From Candidatus Hydrogenedentota bacterium (GTDB lineage Bacteria; Hydrogenedentota; Hydrogenedentia; Hydrogenedentales; SLHB01), in NCBI GenBank assembly GCA_045863295.1, contig BTWA01000006.1:163431-227430 (forward strand): a stretch of 64,000 bases of DNA. Reading direction: 5' to 3'. Within the stretch, counting starts at the first letter, position 1. Each line of letters starts with the position of its first letter. The translations under genes and the position numbers were made by a program. Shown here one piece after another: positions 40,118 to 52,209 of the stretch. The notes beneath the pieces are model-generated. The model did no database searches and was not told where the DNA came from. It was given only the letters and a program-made list of their open reading frames with translations.

Positions 40118-40870
40118 TTAAGCCGTTTTGTCGCGCATTCGCTCAGCCATGAGCGGCGGGCAGCCGTCGCAGTGGTGGCCGTCCCGGGGAACATCCGGAG
40201 GTACCGAATGTGGCAACGACTCGTCGTGGATACACCGATCCAGACGCCGGTCAAAATAGCTGCCCATGTGGTATTGCTCTCGGCCGAACACAAGCCCGCA
40301 CGTGTACATACTGCCATCAGGCCCAAGGCAAGCCATGGACTTGGGGAGCGTACACTCGTGGTGTACGTGATCTTCCTCAAGCCCGTTTGCCGCCACCAAG
40401 CGAACCCCTAGAGACTCCAGGAAAGGCGCGTTGTTCAATTCTTCCCGGTTCATGAGCACCCGGGTTTTGCAGCGATCAAGACTCGCAATCACCGCTCCAT
40501 CTTCGCGCGTCGGTACAAAGCCAACTAGGTGAAAACCCACGAGCATCTCGTGGGTATTCTGTGCCCATTCCGCGATCTTTCGCACTTCGTCTCTCTCAGA
40601 AAACGAACTGTCAAGCGTGATTATGATTGTTTTCGCGCCGTTTGCGGCCGATTCATCAATCACACTTAGCCACTCGTCTGCCGTCAGGGGACGACAACTC
40701 GAGTCCGCATGGGCCGAAGGCTCAGCAGGCAAGTGTATCCAAAGGTATTCGACGTTTTCTGACCGGTTTGCGGCGCATTTGCAGGTGTTCAGCTCGCGCA
40801 TTAGCCCCTGCGCCAGTTCGAAGGGGTTGGTTTCCGGGTAGATTCGATTCCAACGTTTGCGCGATGACAC
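40118..40870 (-). CDS. Degenerate radical-SAM-like protein with a SPASM/twitch-type C-terminus
   Basis: YLWIHL...LTADEWLSVIDE...GAKTIIIT resembles a radical SAM core but has no CxxxCxxC or GGEP; C-terminus CTLP...GPDGSMYTC...MGS...CDGC; GTG start. Confidence 0.65.
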   Translation of the reverse strand: MSSRKRWNRIYPETNPFELAQGLMRELNTCKCAANRSENVEYLWIHLPAEPSAHADSSCRPLTADEWLSVIDESAANGAKTIIITLDSSFSERDEVRKIAEWAQNTHEMLVGFHLVGFVPTREDGAVIASLDRCKTRVLMNREELNNAPFLESLGVRLVAANGLEEDHVHHECTLPKSMACLGPDGSMYTCGLVFGREQYHMGSYFDRRLDRCIHDESLPHSVPPDVPRDGHHCDGCPPLMAERMRDKTA

Positions 40871-40874
40871 GATT

Positions 40875-42404
40875 TCAGTTTCCTTGGCCTGATCGACTGG
40901 CCAGCAAGTGATTCAGGTCCTTCAAAGCGGGGTACAAACGCTTGTACATTTCGAACATTTCGTTGAATCGCTCCACTCGGTGCACATCGGGTTCATGAAT
41001 CCGAAGGATCGTAACGACGTTGTCTATAACATCGCGGATATTCGAAACTAATCCAGTAGCCGCGCCTCCCAGCATGGCAACTCCGAGCGACGCCGCCTCC
41101 GAAGTATTCAATACCGCTACGGGCACTCCCAGGATGTCTGCCTTTCGCTGGACCCACACTGCGCTTTTGGCGCCACCACCGGCGGCCCGCAACTGCGAAA
41201 TCTGCACACCTGCCCCTTGTAACATCTCTAAATTCAATTTCATTTCATACGTCACCCCCGAAAGCAACGCCCCCACCAATTCCTGGCGCGAAGTGCCCAA
41301 GGTAAGCCCGACTATGGCGCCTCGGCTTTGGGTATCAAAATGTGGGGTACCCGTCACCGTAAAATGGGGCAATACAAGTAGATTTTCCGGCTCCAGGGAG
41401 ACTTCTCCGCACAAAATGTCGTAAACATCTTGTCCAGTACTGAGCGACTCTGCCAACTCCGCCTTGCCAAGCGTGTCCCGGTACCACCGCAGAAGAGACC
41501 CTCCGGTAAAATTAAACGCAATCGAGGCGTAGAGTCCCTGCACACAACTTGGATAGCAACAGAGATTGCTGTCCACCGTCTTTTCCGTCACGGCATATTG
41601 GTGAAAAATTGGGCAAATGCATTCCACAGTACCGGTTGCATACAGTGCCTCCCCTGATTTCAAAATCCCCGCACCCAAGGCACCAGCCGGTTGATCGTGG
41701 CCACCGGTCACCACCACGATGCCGTGCGGCAGGCCGATGGCATCGGCTACGCGATTGGGAATAGTCCCGACCACCTCGCCGGAGGGCGCAGTTCGGGCCA
41801 ATAACCCCATATCGATGTCTGCTATTCTTAACAGTGTGTCAGACCATTGACCGGCTTGAACGTCAAGCGCCATGGTTCTGGCGGCCAGACTATGGCTGAT
41901 GACAGGCTCCAAGCCAAGGCGATAATGCACAAAGTCTTCATAGCACAACCACTTGGAGGCCTTCTTGTAAATCTCCGGGCAATTCTGCTTAAACCAAAGA
42001 ATCTTATTCAACGTATACATGCCGTGCAGCGGCATTCCAGAGATCTGGGCGATCTCCATTCTCGACATGCGTTCGAGCCACCATTGGGGTATCTCAGAAG
42101 TGCGAGCGTCAAATGTCACGACGCTATTTGTAATGCAGGCCCCTGAGCCATCGACCGCATGGACGGCCTCGCCCTGGGAGGAAATCGCGAGGGTCTGAAT
42201 CGGGTCTGCCGCAGTCTTGAGTGCCACTTCACCCAATACTTCCGTGAGGCACTGCCAGACCTGATTCGGATCGAGTTCCTGCCAGCCGGGCCTCGGAGAA
42301 TGCAATGGGTATTCGCGGTAGGCCGAAGCAATGGCCTGCCCCTGAAGATTGAATGCTACGGCTTTTGCCCCGGTAGTTCCTACGTCCAACCCCAAAAGAC
42401 TCAT
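40875..42404 (-). CDS. FGGY-family carbohydrate kinase (xylulokinase-like)
   Basis: LGLDVGTTGAKA, SSQGE, GGHDQ, GGGAKS, EAASLG. Confidence 0.93.
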   Translation of the reverse strand: MSLLGLDVGTTGAKAVAFNLQGQAIASAYREYPLHSPRPGWQELDPNQVWQCLTEVLGEVALKTAADPIQTLAISSQGEAVHAVDGSGACITNSVVTFDARTSEIPQWWLERMSRMEIAQISGMPLHGMYTLNKILWFKQNCPEIYKKASKWLCYEDFVHYRLGLEPVISHSLAARTMALDVQAGQWSDTLLRIADIDMGLLARTAPSGEVVGTIPNRVADAIGLPHGIVVVTGGHDQPAGALGAGILKSGEALYATGTVECICPIFHQYAVTEKTVDSNLCCYPSCVQGLYASIAFNFTGGSLLRWYRDTLGKAELAESLSTGQDVYDILCGEVSLEPENLLVLPHFTVTGTPHFDTQSRGAIVGLTLGTSRQELVGALLSGVTYEMKLNLEMLQGAGVQISQLRAAGGGAKSAVWVQRKADILGVPVAVLNTSEAASLGVAMLGGAATGLVSNIRDVIDNVVTILRIHEPDVHRVERFNEMFEMYKRLYPALKDLNHLLASRSGQGN

Positions 42405-42562
42405 GGTGTGCGGTTTCTCCCTCTCCCCTGGACCCTATTTTGGAAACTACGGACCTGTTGTTTCAACCATTTCCCGATTAAGACCTCTTTTTTGAGGCGA
42501 CGCCGCCGTGGTAGCTTGGTTCGGGTGACACAATCGGGCTGAAGTTTCTGGGAGGGGCACCA

Positions 42563-44260
42563 ATGGAAATCGGACTTACCCGCAGACAATTTCTAGCCGG
42601 GACTTCGGCAATGGCGCTGGGGTGCGCTCGGCCGGTTGCTGCCGATCCTGTGAGCTCCGGTGCATCGAACCAACCATACAATGTCCTTCTCATCATCGCG
42701 GACGACATGGGCTACGGCGACTTGGCCTGTCATGGAAACCCCTACATATCCACTCCCCATCTCGACCAACTGCGACAGGAAAGCACCCGATTCAAGCGCT
42801 TTTATGTCTCGCCGGTATGTTCGCCGACTCGAGCATCCCTCATGACAGGACGTTACAATTTTCGCACAGGGGCGGTTGACACCTTTATGGGCCGCTCCAC
42901 AATGTTCCCGGATGAGGTGACGCTCGCCGAGATAATGCGCGAGGCCGGTTACGCCACCGGATTGTTCGGCAAATGGCATCTGGGCGACACCTTTCCCTCA
43001 CGCCCTTCTGACAGCGGCTTTCAGGAGGTGCTTTGCCACATGGGCGGTGGCATTGGCCAACCTTCGGATCCTCCCGGCAATGGATACTTCGATCCGATAC
43101 TTCAACACAATGGAGAATTCGTGCCGGTGCAAGGATACTGTACCGACATATTTGCCAATGCGACCATCGAATTCATGAAGGTAAACCGGGATCGTCCTTT
43201 CTTCGCCTACCTCTCCACCAATGCTCCCCACGGTCCCCTGGAAATTGCGGGAAGATATTATCATCGCTATGCGTCCATGGGACTGGATGAACAGACGGCC
43301 CGCGTTTATGGAATGGTTGAAAATCTGGACGAAAATGTGGGGAATATCCTAAGTGCGCTGACTGAACTCGGGCTTGCAGAAAACACAATAGTGCTCTTTC
43401 TAACCGACAATGGCCCGCAGGCGTCGCCGGTAGGCGTGCGGTTCAACAGCGGAATGAGGGGCAGCAAAACCACCGTGTATGAGGGAGGCATCCGCGTGCC
43501 ATGCTTCGTGCGGTTCCCGGGACGGATCAAAGCAGACCGCGACATTGAACAGATTGCCGGTCACATTGACCTTATGCCCACGCTGTTGGATATGTGCGAC
43601 ATTCCTTATACATCGGAAAAGAAACTGGATGGCATCAGCCTGAAGCCACTACTCGAAGGCGAAAGCGGCAACGATCCCGATCGAAAACTGGTTCTACAGT
43701 GGCACCGCGGCGAGATTCCTCAACCCTATCGCAATTGTGCCGTCGTGACGCAGCAGTACAAATTGATTAATGGTACCGAACTGTACGACATCTCGAACGA
43801 TCCTGGAGAAGAACGCGATTTGGCTGTAGTACAACCTGGAACAGTCGACGCACTAAGGAATGTGTACGACGCATGGTTTGAGGAAATGCGCGCGGAGCGC
43901 AATTTCGAATTGCCCCGTGTGTGGGTTGGTGCCCCCGAACAAAATCCCGTCACGTTGACTCGCCAGGATTGGCGGGGAGACAACAAGTGGGATGATACCG
44001 ACGTGGCCAACCGGTGGGAGATTCAAGTCGTTCATGAAGGCAGGTACGACATTACATTGCGCTACGGACGTTATCGCAAACCCCACACCGCCCAGCTTAA
44101 GGTAATGGGTAATTCATATAGCCAAACGCTGACGGGCGATACCTCCGAGTGCCGGTTTTCATCGATCGAATTACCGCAAGGAGCAGGGCAACTCTCTGCG
44201 TTAATAAGCGCGGATGACCGCGACTACACCGCGTTGTATGTGGATGTAAAACGCCTCTGA
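42563..44260 (+). CDS. Tat-exported Cys-type arylsulfatase
   Basis: TRRQFL Tat motif, IIADDMGYGD, CSPTRASLMTGR, GKWHLG, TDNG, YEGGIRVP. Confidence 0.95.
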   Translation: MEIGLTRRQFLAGTSAMALGCARPVAADPVSSGASNQPYNVLLIIADDMGYGDLACHGNPYISTPHLDQLRQESTRFKRFYVSPVCSPTRASLMTGRYNFRTGAVDTFMGRSTMFPDEVTLAEIMREAGYATGLFGKWHLGDTFPSRPSDSGFQEVLCHMGGGIGQPSDPPGNGYFDPILQHNGEFVPVQGYCTDIFANATIEFMKVNRDRPFFAYLSTNAPHGPLEIAGRYYHRYASMGLDEQTARVYGMVENLDENVGNILSALTELGLAENTIVLFLTDNGPQASPVGVRFNSGMRGSKTTVYEGGIRVPCFVRFPGRIKADRDIEQIAGHIDLMPTLLDMCDIPYTSEKKLDGISLKPLLEGESGNDPDRKLVLQWHRGEIPQPYRNCAVVTQQYKLINGTELYDISNDPGEERDLAVVQPGTVDALRNVYDAWFEEMRAERNFELPRVWVGAPEQNPVTLTRQDWRGDNKWDDTDVANRWEIQVVHEGRYDITLRYGRYRKPHTAQLKVMGNSYSQTLTGDTSECRFSSIELPQGAGQLSALISADDRDYTALYVDVKRL

Positions 44261-44261
44261 A

Positions 44262-45353
44262 TCATACAAACAAGGTCGCTTCCGCCATCAGACCAGGGCC
44301 AAATCCGAGCGCCACGCAGGGCAGTGGAGCACCTTGCTCGCGCAATTGTTTCACAATGAATAGGATTGTTGGCGAAGACATGTTTCCATGCGTACGAAGC
44401 ATTTCCATGGAGACTGACAATGCATCTTTTTCCAAATCCAGCGCCTTGGCCACCGAGGATAGAATGCGCGGACCACCCGGATGCACAGCCCACGTGGCAA
44501 TGTCGCTCAACCCAAGTTCATGTTTGGCCAGCCAGTCGACGATCCATGCCCGAAGATGGCCTGTAATCAGCGCGGGTACACGAGACGAAAGCGACATTTC
44601 AAAACCGTTGTTCCCGATTCGCCAGGTCATCGCATCATCAGACTCCGGTATCAGACAAGACCCCGTACCGCCAATTCGCCATCCGGTGGCCTCACCGGAT
44701 ATCGCCGCGCCTCCAACAACCGCGGCGGCGCCATCCGCAAAGAGCGCGTTGGCAACCAACTGTTCCGGATTCCATCCATAATGGTAATGCAGGCTGCAAA
44801 TCTCCACCGCACATAGGAGCACGACGGCATTGGGATCGCTCTCAACAAACCCACGCCCCACTCGCAAGCCGTTCAACGCGCCATGGCAGCCCATGAATCC
44901 GACGTGAGTCCGTTGCACTGTTTGCGTGAGGCCCAGTTCTTTCATGAGCCCAATGTCGACTCCCGGAGCTGCAAACCCGCTGCACGAAACCGTTATCAAA
45001 TGCGTTATGCTTTCGGGAGAAACCGCTGCCTCCTCCAACGCTTGCCGTGAGGCGGCCAGAGCCAGAGGCAACGATTCGACTGCGTATTTTCTCATTCGTT
45101 CGTCGATCGTCGGTCCAAGCGTTGCTTTACCATTGGGCTTGGGAAAGAAGGAATGCCTATCGGATGTGCCTTCCGGCCCGTCCAACACTACGCTATGCCT
45201 GCGTTTGACACCGGCCATGCGATACAACAACGCGAGTTGGCGACGTTGATCCTCTCCATCGCAAAAGTACCGTTGCGCATACGCCAGCGCCTCTTCCATC
45301 TCGATCGAATGCGCCGGCAACCCTGTTCCTTGTCCAAGAATTGTGAACTGCAT
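44262..45353 (-). CDS. Type III polyketide synthase
   Basis: Cys-His-Asn triad in GFMGCHG, WAVHPGG and HGNMSS; GFGPGL. Confidence 0.95.
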   Translation of the reverse strand: MQFTILGQGTGLPAHSIEMEEALAYAQRYFCDGEDQRRQLALLYRMAGVKRRHSVVLDGPEGTSDRHSFFPKPNGKATLGPTIDERMRKYAVESLPLALAASRQALEEAAVSPESITHLITVSCSGFAAPGVDIGLMKELGLTQTVQRTHVGFMGCHGALNGLRVGRGFVESDPNAVVLLCAVEICSLHYHYGWNPEQLVANALFADGAAAVVGGAAISGEATGWRIGGTGSCLIPESDDAMTWRIGNNGFEMSLSSRVPALITGHLRAWIVDWLAKHELGLSDIATWAVHPGGPRILSSVAKALDLEKDALSVSMEMLRTHGNMSSPTILFIVKQLREQGAPLPCVALGFGPGLMAEATLFV

Positions 45354-45365
45354 AATGCTCTACCT

Positions 45366-46517
45366 CTAACGCACTGCCTTGTTAATATGATGCACTACGG
45401 GCCACGCGGCGAGCGGAACCGTATCAAGTATCCGAATCGAGTGCGATATCCATGTCGGATGCCGCAAGGCAATCGATATCGCACGGCAAGGCCAAAGCCG
45501 CTTCGAAATCACACGGCGGTAAGTCTGCGCCCACTCCCTTTGCAGGCGCGGATCAAACTGTCGCACACCCCGCAAAACGAACTGCGCGACGGCCGTCCCG
45601 GACGCCAGCGCCCAACTCATCCCTTGGCCGGTAAACGGTTCCACATAGCCCGCGGCATCGCCAACCACAAACGCACGATGAGCCGACAACCGGGTCACCC
45701 GGCGAGTCAGCTCCGGTGTGCCACGCCATTGAACCGAACAAGCCCATTCCGCATCGGCGTGACCGGCCTCACGAAGCACCGCGCGCGCGGCAGCCGCAAG
45801 CCCACCCTGTTCCTTTACAAAGCGAACGTCGAATGCCGCACCTACGGCGCCACGCTGCCTTTCGTCGCTCGTAATTCCCACGTACCCGCCTCCGCCACAT
45901 GCCATGTGAATGACCCCTGGCTCGTACCAGTCAGGTAGTGGCTCGATCGTGGCCGCTGCTCCAATGCGAGACGAAGGATACGGCGCCGAATCAATAGCAT
46001 CAATCGTATGCAGGAGGCGGCCGCCAAGTCCGTCAGCGGCAACCACAATCCGGGCGCGCACCGATACAATTTCCGCGTCGCGCGTCAACCGTACCACGCG
46101 GTGTTCGCGCTCGGACTGAATCATCGTCGCGCTAGTCGACGGCAGAAACACGGCACCGGAACGGCAGGCTTTCTCCGACAGCGACTCATCCAGCACCTCA
46201 CGGGATAGCACTCGATACCCCGGCAGGCGAACATTCGCCCGTTGCCCGGCCGCGCGCAACTCCAATCGATCCACGTGACACGCCCTGCAATCATCAAGCA
46301 ACGACTCGGCGCCGAGTACAATCAGGCTTTGCTGCGCATTTTGATTGATGCAGCATCCGCATACTTTCCAGCGTGGAAAAGCCGCCTTGTCTACCAATAG
46401 CACATCAATACCCGCGCGAGCCGACTGAATCGCGGCTGCGCACCCCGCCGGACCCGCCCCAACGACCAGCAGGTCCCAGGTGCGCTGTGTAACGCTTGCC
46501 AGCGCGCCAATGCTCAT
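45366..46517 (-). CDS. FAD-dependent oxidoreductase (geranylgeranyl reductase/halogenase-like superfamily)
   Basis: VVGAGPAG, FPRWKVCGC, AADG, VGDAAGYVEPFTGQGM. Confidence 0.9.
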   Translation of the reverse strand: MSIGALASVTQRTWDLLVVGAGPAGCAAAIQSARAGIDVLLVDKAAFPRWKVCGCCINQNAQQSLIVLGAESLLDDCRACHVDRLELRAAGQRANVRLPGYRVLSREVLDESLSEKACRSGAVFLPSTSATMIQSEREHRVVRLTRDAEIVSVRARIVVAADGLGGRLLHTIDAIDSAPYPSSRIGAAATIEPLPDWYEPGVIHMACGGGGYVGITSDERQRGAVGAAFDVRFVKEQGGLAAAARAVLREAGHADAEWACSVQWRGTPELTRRVTRLSAHRAFVVGDAAGYVEPFTGQGMSWALASGTAVAQFVLRGVRQFDPRLQREWAQTYRRVISKRLWPCRAISIALRHPTWISHSIRILDTVPLAAWPVVHHINKAVR

Positions 46518-47236
46518 GACTTCCGCCACACCATGCGCCAGCGGAATGGCCAGTGGCGCGTAAATCTGGCCTCAGTCAGACCCGCGGATCCGGCGATAGC
46601 CCGTATCTCTGGAAGGCGATAACCGGCTCGAACCGATGCAGGACCATCAAAACGGACTACATCCGACCGAGTCAGGGAATAGCAGGCGACATAGGCCAAG
46701 GCAACGTGCCATACGGAACGTTCCAGATCATTGATCACAAGCAGTTCCTTGCAGGCATTCGCCATGCCTTGCAGTAGAACAAGGGTGTCATCCAATTCCA
46801 AGTGGTGAAGAAAAAGGCCGCACAACAAGATGTCGTATCCCTCCGGAATACCTTGCTTAATGACATCATGCTGAAAAAAACGCACATTGGCTCCCGATTG
46901 CCCGGCCGTGGCTTCGGCAAATCGTACGGCTTGGGAATGCACATCGCATCCATGAATCTCCACAGGGCAGGAACTGCGCTGGAGTTTTTTCGATAGCGCG
47001 ATAGGGACGTCTCCCCCCCCAGTGGCAATATCGAGGATACGCAATGGCTTCACAGAGTTCGTGCGATTGCTCAAGTAGTCGTCTATGGCTGTCCATACCA
47101 GGGTGCTTGTCAGACTGACGGAATTGATTCGGCGCAGCGACTGCAACGCATGAACGTGCCGCTCGGAATCCAAATCGGGTTGATCCATAATCTCCGGCAC
47201 GACACGACGTTGTTGCAGTCCCGTAAAAAGATTCAT
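46514..47236 (-). CDS. SAM-dependent methyltransferase of the type III PKS cluster
   Basis: EIMDQP, ILDIATGGGD, LFLHHL, INDLER, DGPASV. Confidence 0.9.
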   Translation of the reverse strand: MNLFTGLQQRRVVPEIMDQPDLDSERHVHALQSLRRINSVSLTSTLVWTAIDDYLSNRTNSVKPLRILDIATGGGDVPIALSKKLQRSSCPVEIHGCDVHSQAVRFAEATAGQSGANVRFFQHDVIKQGIPEGYDILLCGLFLHHLELDDTLVLLQGMANACKELLVINDLERSVWHVALAYVACYSLTRSDVVRFDGPASVRAGYRLPEIRAIAGSAGLTEARFTRHWPFRWRMVWRKS

Positions 47237-47341
47237 CCACTGTCCCCCGTGTCAGATTCAAGGAGCGAGTCGAACGGGCATGGGCGTATGGAGCCGAAAC
47301 GTTCGATCGCGGTGGGGGGATAGATCGGAGACGGCTGCCGC

Positions 47342-47737
47342 TTAGTAGCGCACCATGGACGGATCGTTGGCCGCCGCATACGCATCGATTCCGCCGGTGA
47401 GATTACGGACCTTCGTAAATCCGGCCTGACGTAGTAATCCGGCCGCCATAGCCGACCGCATTCCATGGTGACACATGCACACGATTTCTTTCTCGCGGCA
47501 CGACTCAAGTTCCGTGATGCGCTGCTTGACCTCTTGTAAGGGCACATGTATACACGGATCCAACTTAACAATCGACAATTCTTCCGCGGAGCGGACGTCG
47601 AGAAGTACAAAATCTTCGTGTTCCCGTAACTTGATGGCCAATTCCATTGGGGTGCAATCGGCCGCATGAACCGCCATTATTGCGTGGTCCTTCTTATATA
47701 TTCCAAGCGCCAAGAGAATTGAGTCAAGGATTCCCAA
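47342..47737 (-). CDS. Rhodanese-domain protein
   Basis: LLDVRSAEE, CHHGMRS, NLTGGIDAY. Confidence 0.9.
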   Translation of the reverse strand: MGILDSILLALGIYKKDHAIMAVHAADCTPMELAIKLREHEDFVLLDVRSAEELSIVKLDPCIHVPLQEVKQRITELESCREKEIVCMCHHGMRSAMAAGLLRQAGFTKVRNLTGGIDAYAAANDPSMVRY

Positions 47738-47748
47738 TACAGACTGTC

Positions 47749-49923
<2,175 letters not shown>

Positions 49924-50101
49924 TCATCGTGCTCCCGATACTCAACTCAACCCGCCGGGGGTACACTCTACTTGGTGACAGCGAGGACGTAACGTGCGAC
50001 GTGGGTCCAGTTCGGTCCGCTGTCCCACATGCGCCGGGATTCTCCGGCGCGGCATCAAAACTTGCAACTCACCCCCTTTAAGGCACAAAGGAGTACCCAC
50101 C

Positions 50102-50302
50102 ATGAACCGAAATCAGATGGCAGGAACCTGGACTCACTTCAAGGGCGAATTGAAGGAACGCTGGGGTAAGTTGACTGACGATGATTTGAAAATCATCGAA
50201 GGCAAACGCGAAAAACTCGCAGGAAGACTCCAGGAACGCTATGGCTTTCCAAAGGAACAGGCGGAAAATGAGGCGCGCGCTTTCTACGAGTCTCATCATT
50301 GA
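50102..50302 (+). CDS. CsbD/YjbJ-family stress protein
   Basis: GTWTHFKGELKERWGKLTDDDL...GRLQERYG; RBS AAGGAG. Confidence 0.92.
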   Translation: MNRNQMAGTWTHFKGELKERWGKLTDDDLKIIEGKREKLAGRLQERYGFPKEQAENEARAFYESHH

Positions 50303-50461
50303 ACGCGACATCGCGGGCAATGGGTTATGAACCCTCGATGATCAAGTGACCGTTTCCACATCCGCAAACGGGCGGTCTGCCGGCAATATCGTCTGGGACT
50401 GCGGCACGTGAGCCCAGTTCAGACCCAAAGCGGTCATGCCGTCCGTCAAAGGAGGCAACTT

Positions 50462-50989
50462 ATGAAACGTCTACTTAGTATCGCGGCAACAGGCGGTTTG
50501 ATCGTGCTGGCCGGCTGTGCGGAGGGCACACCAGGTGGCCCCGGAGTCACGGAAGAAGCGTCGGCCCCCGCGCCAACCTATGATCCCATGACGCCGCCCC
50601 AAATCGCCATGAACCAGACAGAGCAGACATTCACTCTGGATACACCCATGCTGGGTGCTTCAGTCACCCAGGGTGAATCGTCCGAAGTACCCATCGGCGT
50701 CCAGCGCGGTAGTGAAATGAATCAGACGGTCACCGTCGAGTTCGACGGCGTTCCCGCGGGTGTGACCATTACGCCTGAGAGCCCAACGTTGATTCCGGGA
50801 CAAGGCGAGACCAACGTGACCATCTCAGCGTCTCCAACTGCGCCGGCCGGTGAGTACACCGTGAGCGTAAAAGGCAGGCCCGAAACCGGCGCCGTGGCCG
50901 AAACGCAGATGGACATAACCGTCGAGGAACGGCCGGAGCCTGGATCGGAGGTCACCCCGAGTGAGCCTCCGGCAACTCCCGCGCTCTAA
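50462..50989 (+). CDS. Lipoprotein with an Ig-like beta domain
   Basis: Lipobox VLAGC; GTPGGPG; VPAGVTITP...APAGEYTVSVKG; RBS AAGGAGG. Confidence 0.8.
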   Translation: MKRLLSIAATGGLIVLAGCAEGTPGGPGVTEEASAPAPTYDPMTPPQIAMNQTEQTFTLDTPMLGASVTQGESSEVPIGVQRGSEMNQTVTVEFDGVPAGVTITPESPTLIPGQGETNVTISASPTAPAGEYTVSVKGRPETGAVAETQMDITVEERPEPGSEVTPSEPPATPAL

Positions 50990-50995
50990 CCCCCC

Positions 50996-51036
50996 ATAGT
51001 GCACCACGCACACGATAAATGTGCGTGGTGCACTAT
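50996..51036 (+). terminator. 17-bp perfect hairpin after the lipoprotein gene
   Basis: ATAGTGCACCACGCACA-CGATAAA-TGTGCGTGGTGCACTAT, then ATTT. Confidence 0.6.
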
Positions 51037-51516
51037 ATTTCACGACTAAAGTCTCGGCCTGAAATGCATGGCAACTGCACAGGCACCGGATTTCGTGACA
51101 GGTGATCGCGTTGGTTGCTGCGAATGTATTGGAGCATTGTCGTGAATCCGCTGGCCCAACACGCAATTCAAACGGTCCAGCCCGCGATGAACCGGTTCAC
51201 CGTAAAGGGGGGGCGGCTTTTTTTGCGCCGTCCTTGATTCCCTAAAGCGTACACAGCGCACGTGTCAATCTGTCGGTGAGTCACCGATAAAGACCCTGCC
51301 ACCTGTCTGACGGATAGCACCCCATACGTCCTATATCTGGAACGTTCGATCGTGCGATAGAGTTTGCATGTCAATGGCTCACGCGCCTTGCAGTGATACA
51401 CAGAGCGCGCGTAACCAACGTAAGGGATCCATGAGGAGGGCTTCGAACGACGCGTTGGAATCCATTCGTCCAACCCACGGTGGATTCCAGAAACGTCACA
51501 GCTGGAGGACGTAGAC

Positions 51517-51570
51517 ATGATTGCTTGGTTGTTCTTGTTAATTGCACTGATCCTTACCTTCACGGCGTAG
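51517..51570 (+). CDS. Putative 17-aa hydrophobic micropeptide MIAWLFLLIALILTFTA
   Basis: RBS GGAGGA 7 nt upstream; similar to the peptide at 54816. Confidence 0.5.
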   Translation: MIAWLFLLIALILTFTA

Positions 51571-51697
51571 CACCCTACGCCGTCGATCAAGGAGTCAATG
51601 CAAGTGTACCCAAGCCGGTTCTCGCCGCGTGGCAACGGCGCGCGGCGAGAACCAGAAACTGTGCGGACTGACGCCAAAACTCAGGATGGTATTCCCT

Positions 51698-52090
51698 ATG
51701 CACCACAACCACGACTCCAGCATGGACGCCGATCAGATGGAACGGCACGCAATCCCAAGTTCCTTCGCCAGTGACATTGAATTGATTGTGGGAAGATGGC
51801 GCGTCAGAATCTTTCAGGCTGGGCGCGCCAACGCGATGGAAGTGACCCTCAACCGGAATGGCCCCGACTTCTCGCACCTCTGGCTCAACAGCGGACAGGC
51901 ACCGCCGAAGCCCAGCGAAATCATCGTACTGTTGTCCATGTTCATGGAATCGGAGAGGGGCAGCCTCAGGCTGAGGCAAGCCGCGGCGAGAAACGATTGG
52001 CTCGTGATAAACATTATTGCATTCGCGGGAATCGCGGCCATTCGGATGCAGAGCGATTGTTGCGGCCGGCGTGCCGCCCGCAGAAATTGA
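51698..52090 (+). CDS. Hypothetical protein
   Basis: Open frame filling the gap before the kinase; no recognisable motif; start uncertain. Confidence 0.4.
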   Translation: MHHNHDSSMDADQMERHAIPSSFASDIELIVGRWRVRIFQAGRANAMEVTLNRNGPDFSHLWLNSGQAPPKPSEIIVLLSMFMESERGSLRLRQAAARNDWLVINIIAFAGIAAIRMQSDCCGRRAARRN

Positions 52091-52114
52091 ACCGGCCTCC
52101 TCAAAAAACAGCCC

Positions 52115-52133
52115 TGTAGGACAAACACCTACA
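52115..52133. promoter_or_regulatory. Inverted repeat TGTAGG-N7-CCTACA, candidate NarL/UvrY-family binding site
   Basis: Perfect 6-bp arms upstream of the kinase; related CGCAGG-N7-CCTACA at 49875-49893. Confidence 0.5.
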
Positions 52134-52209
52134 AGAATGTAGGGCCGGACCCCCCTTGCCAGTTCCACCCATGTATCGAGTAAGCTTACTGCATGGGAGA
52201 TCGGTGAGG

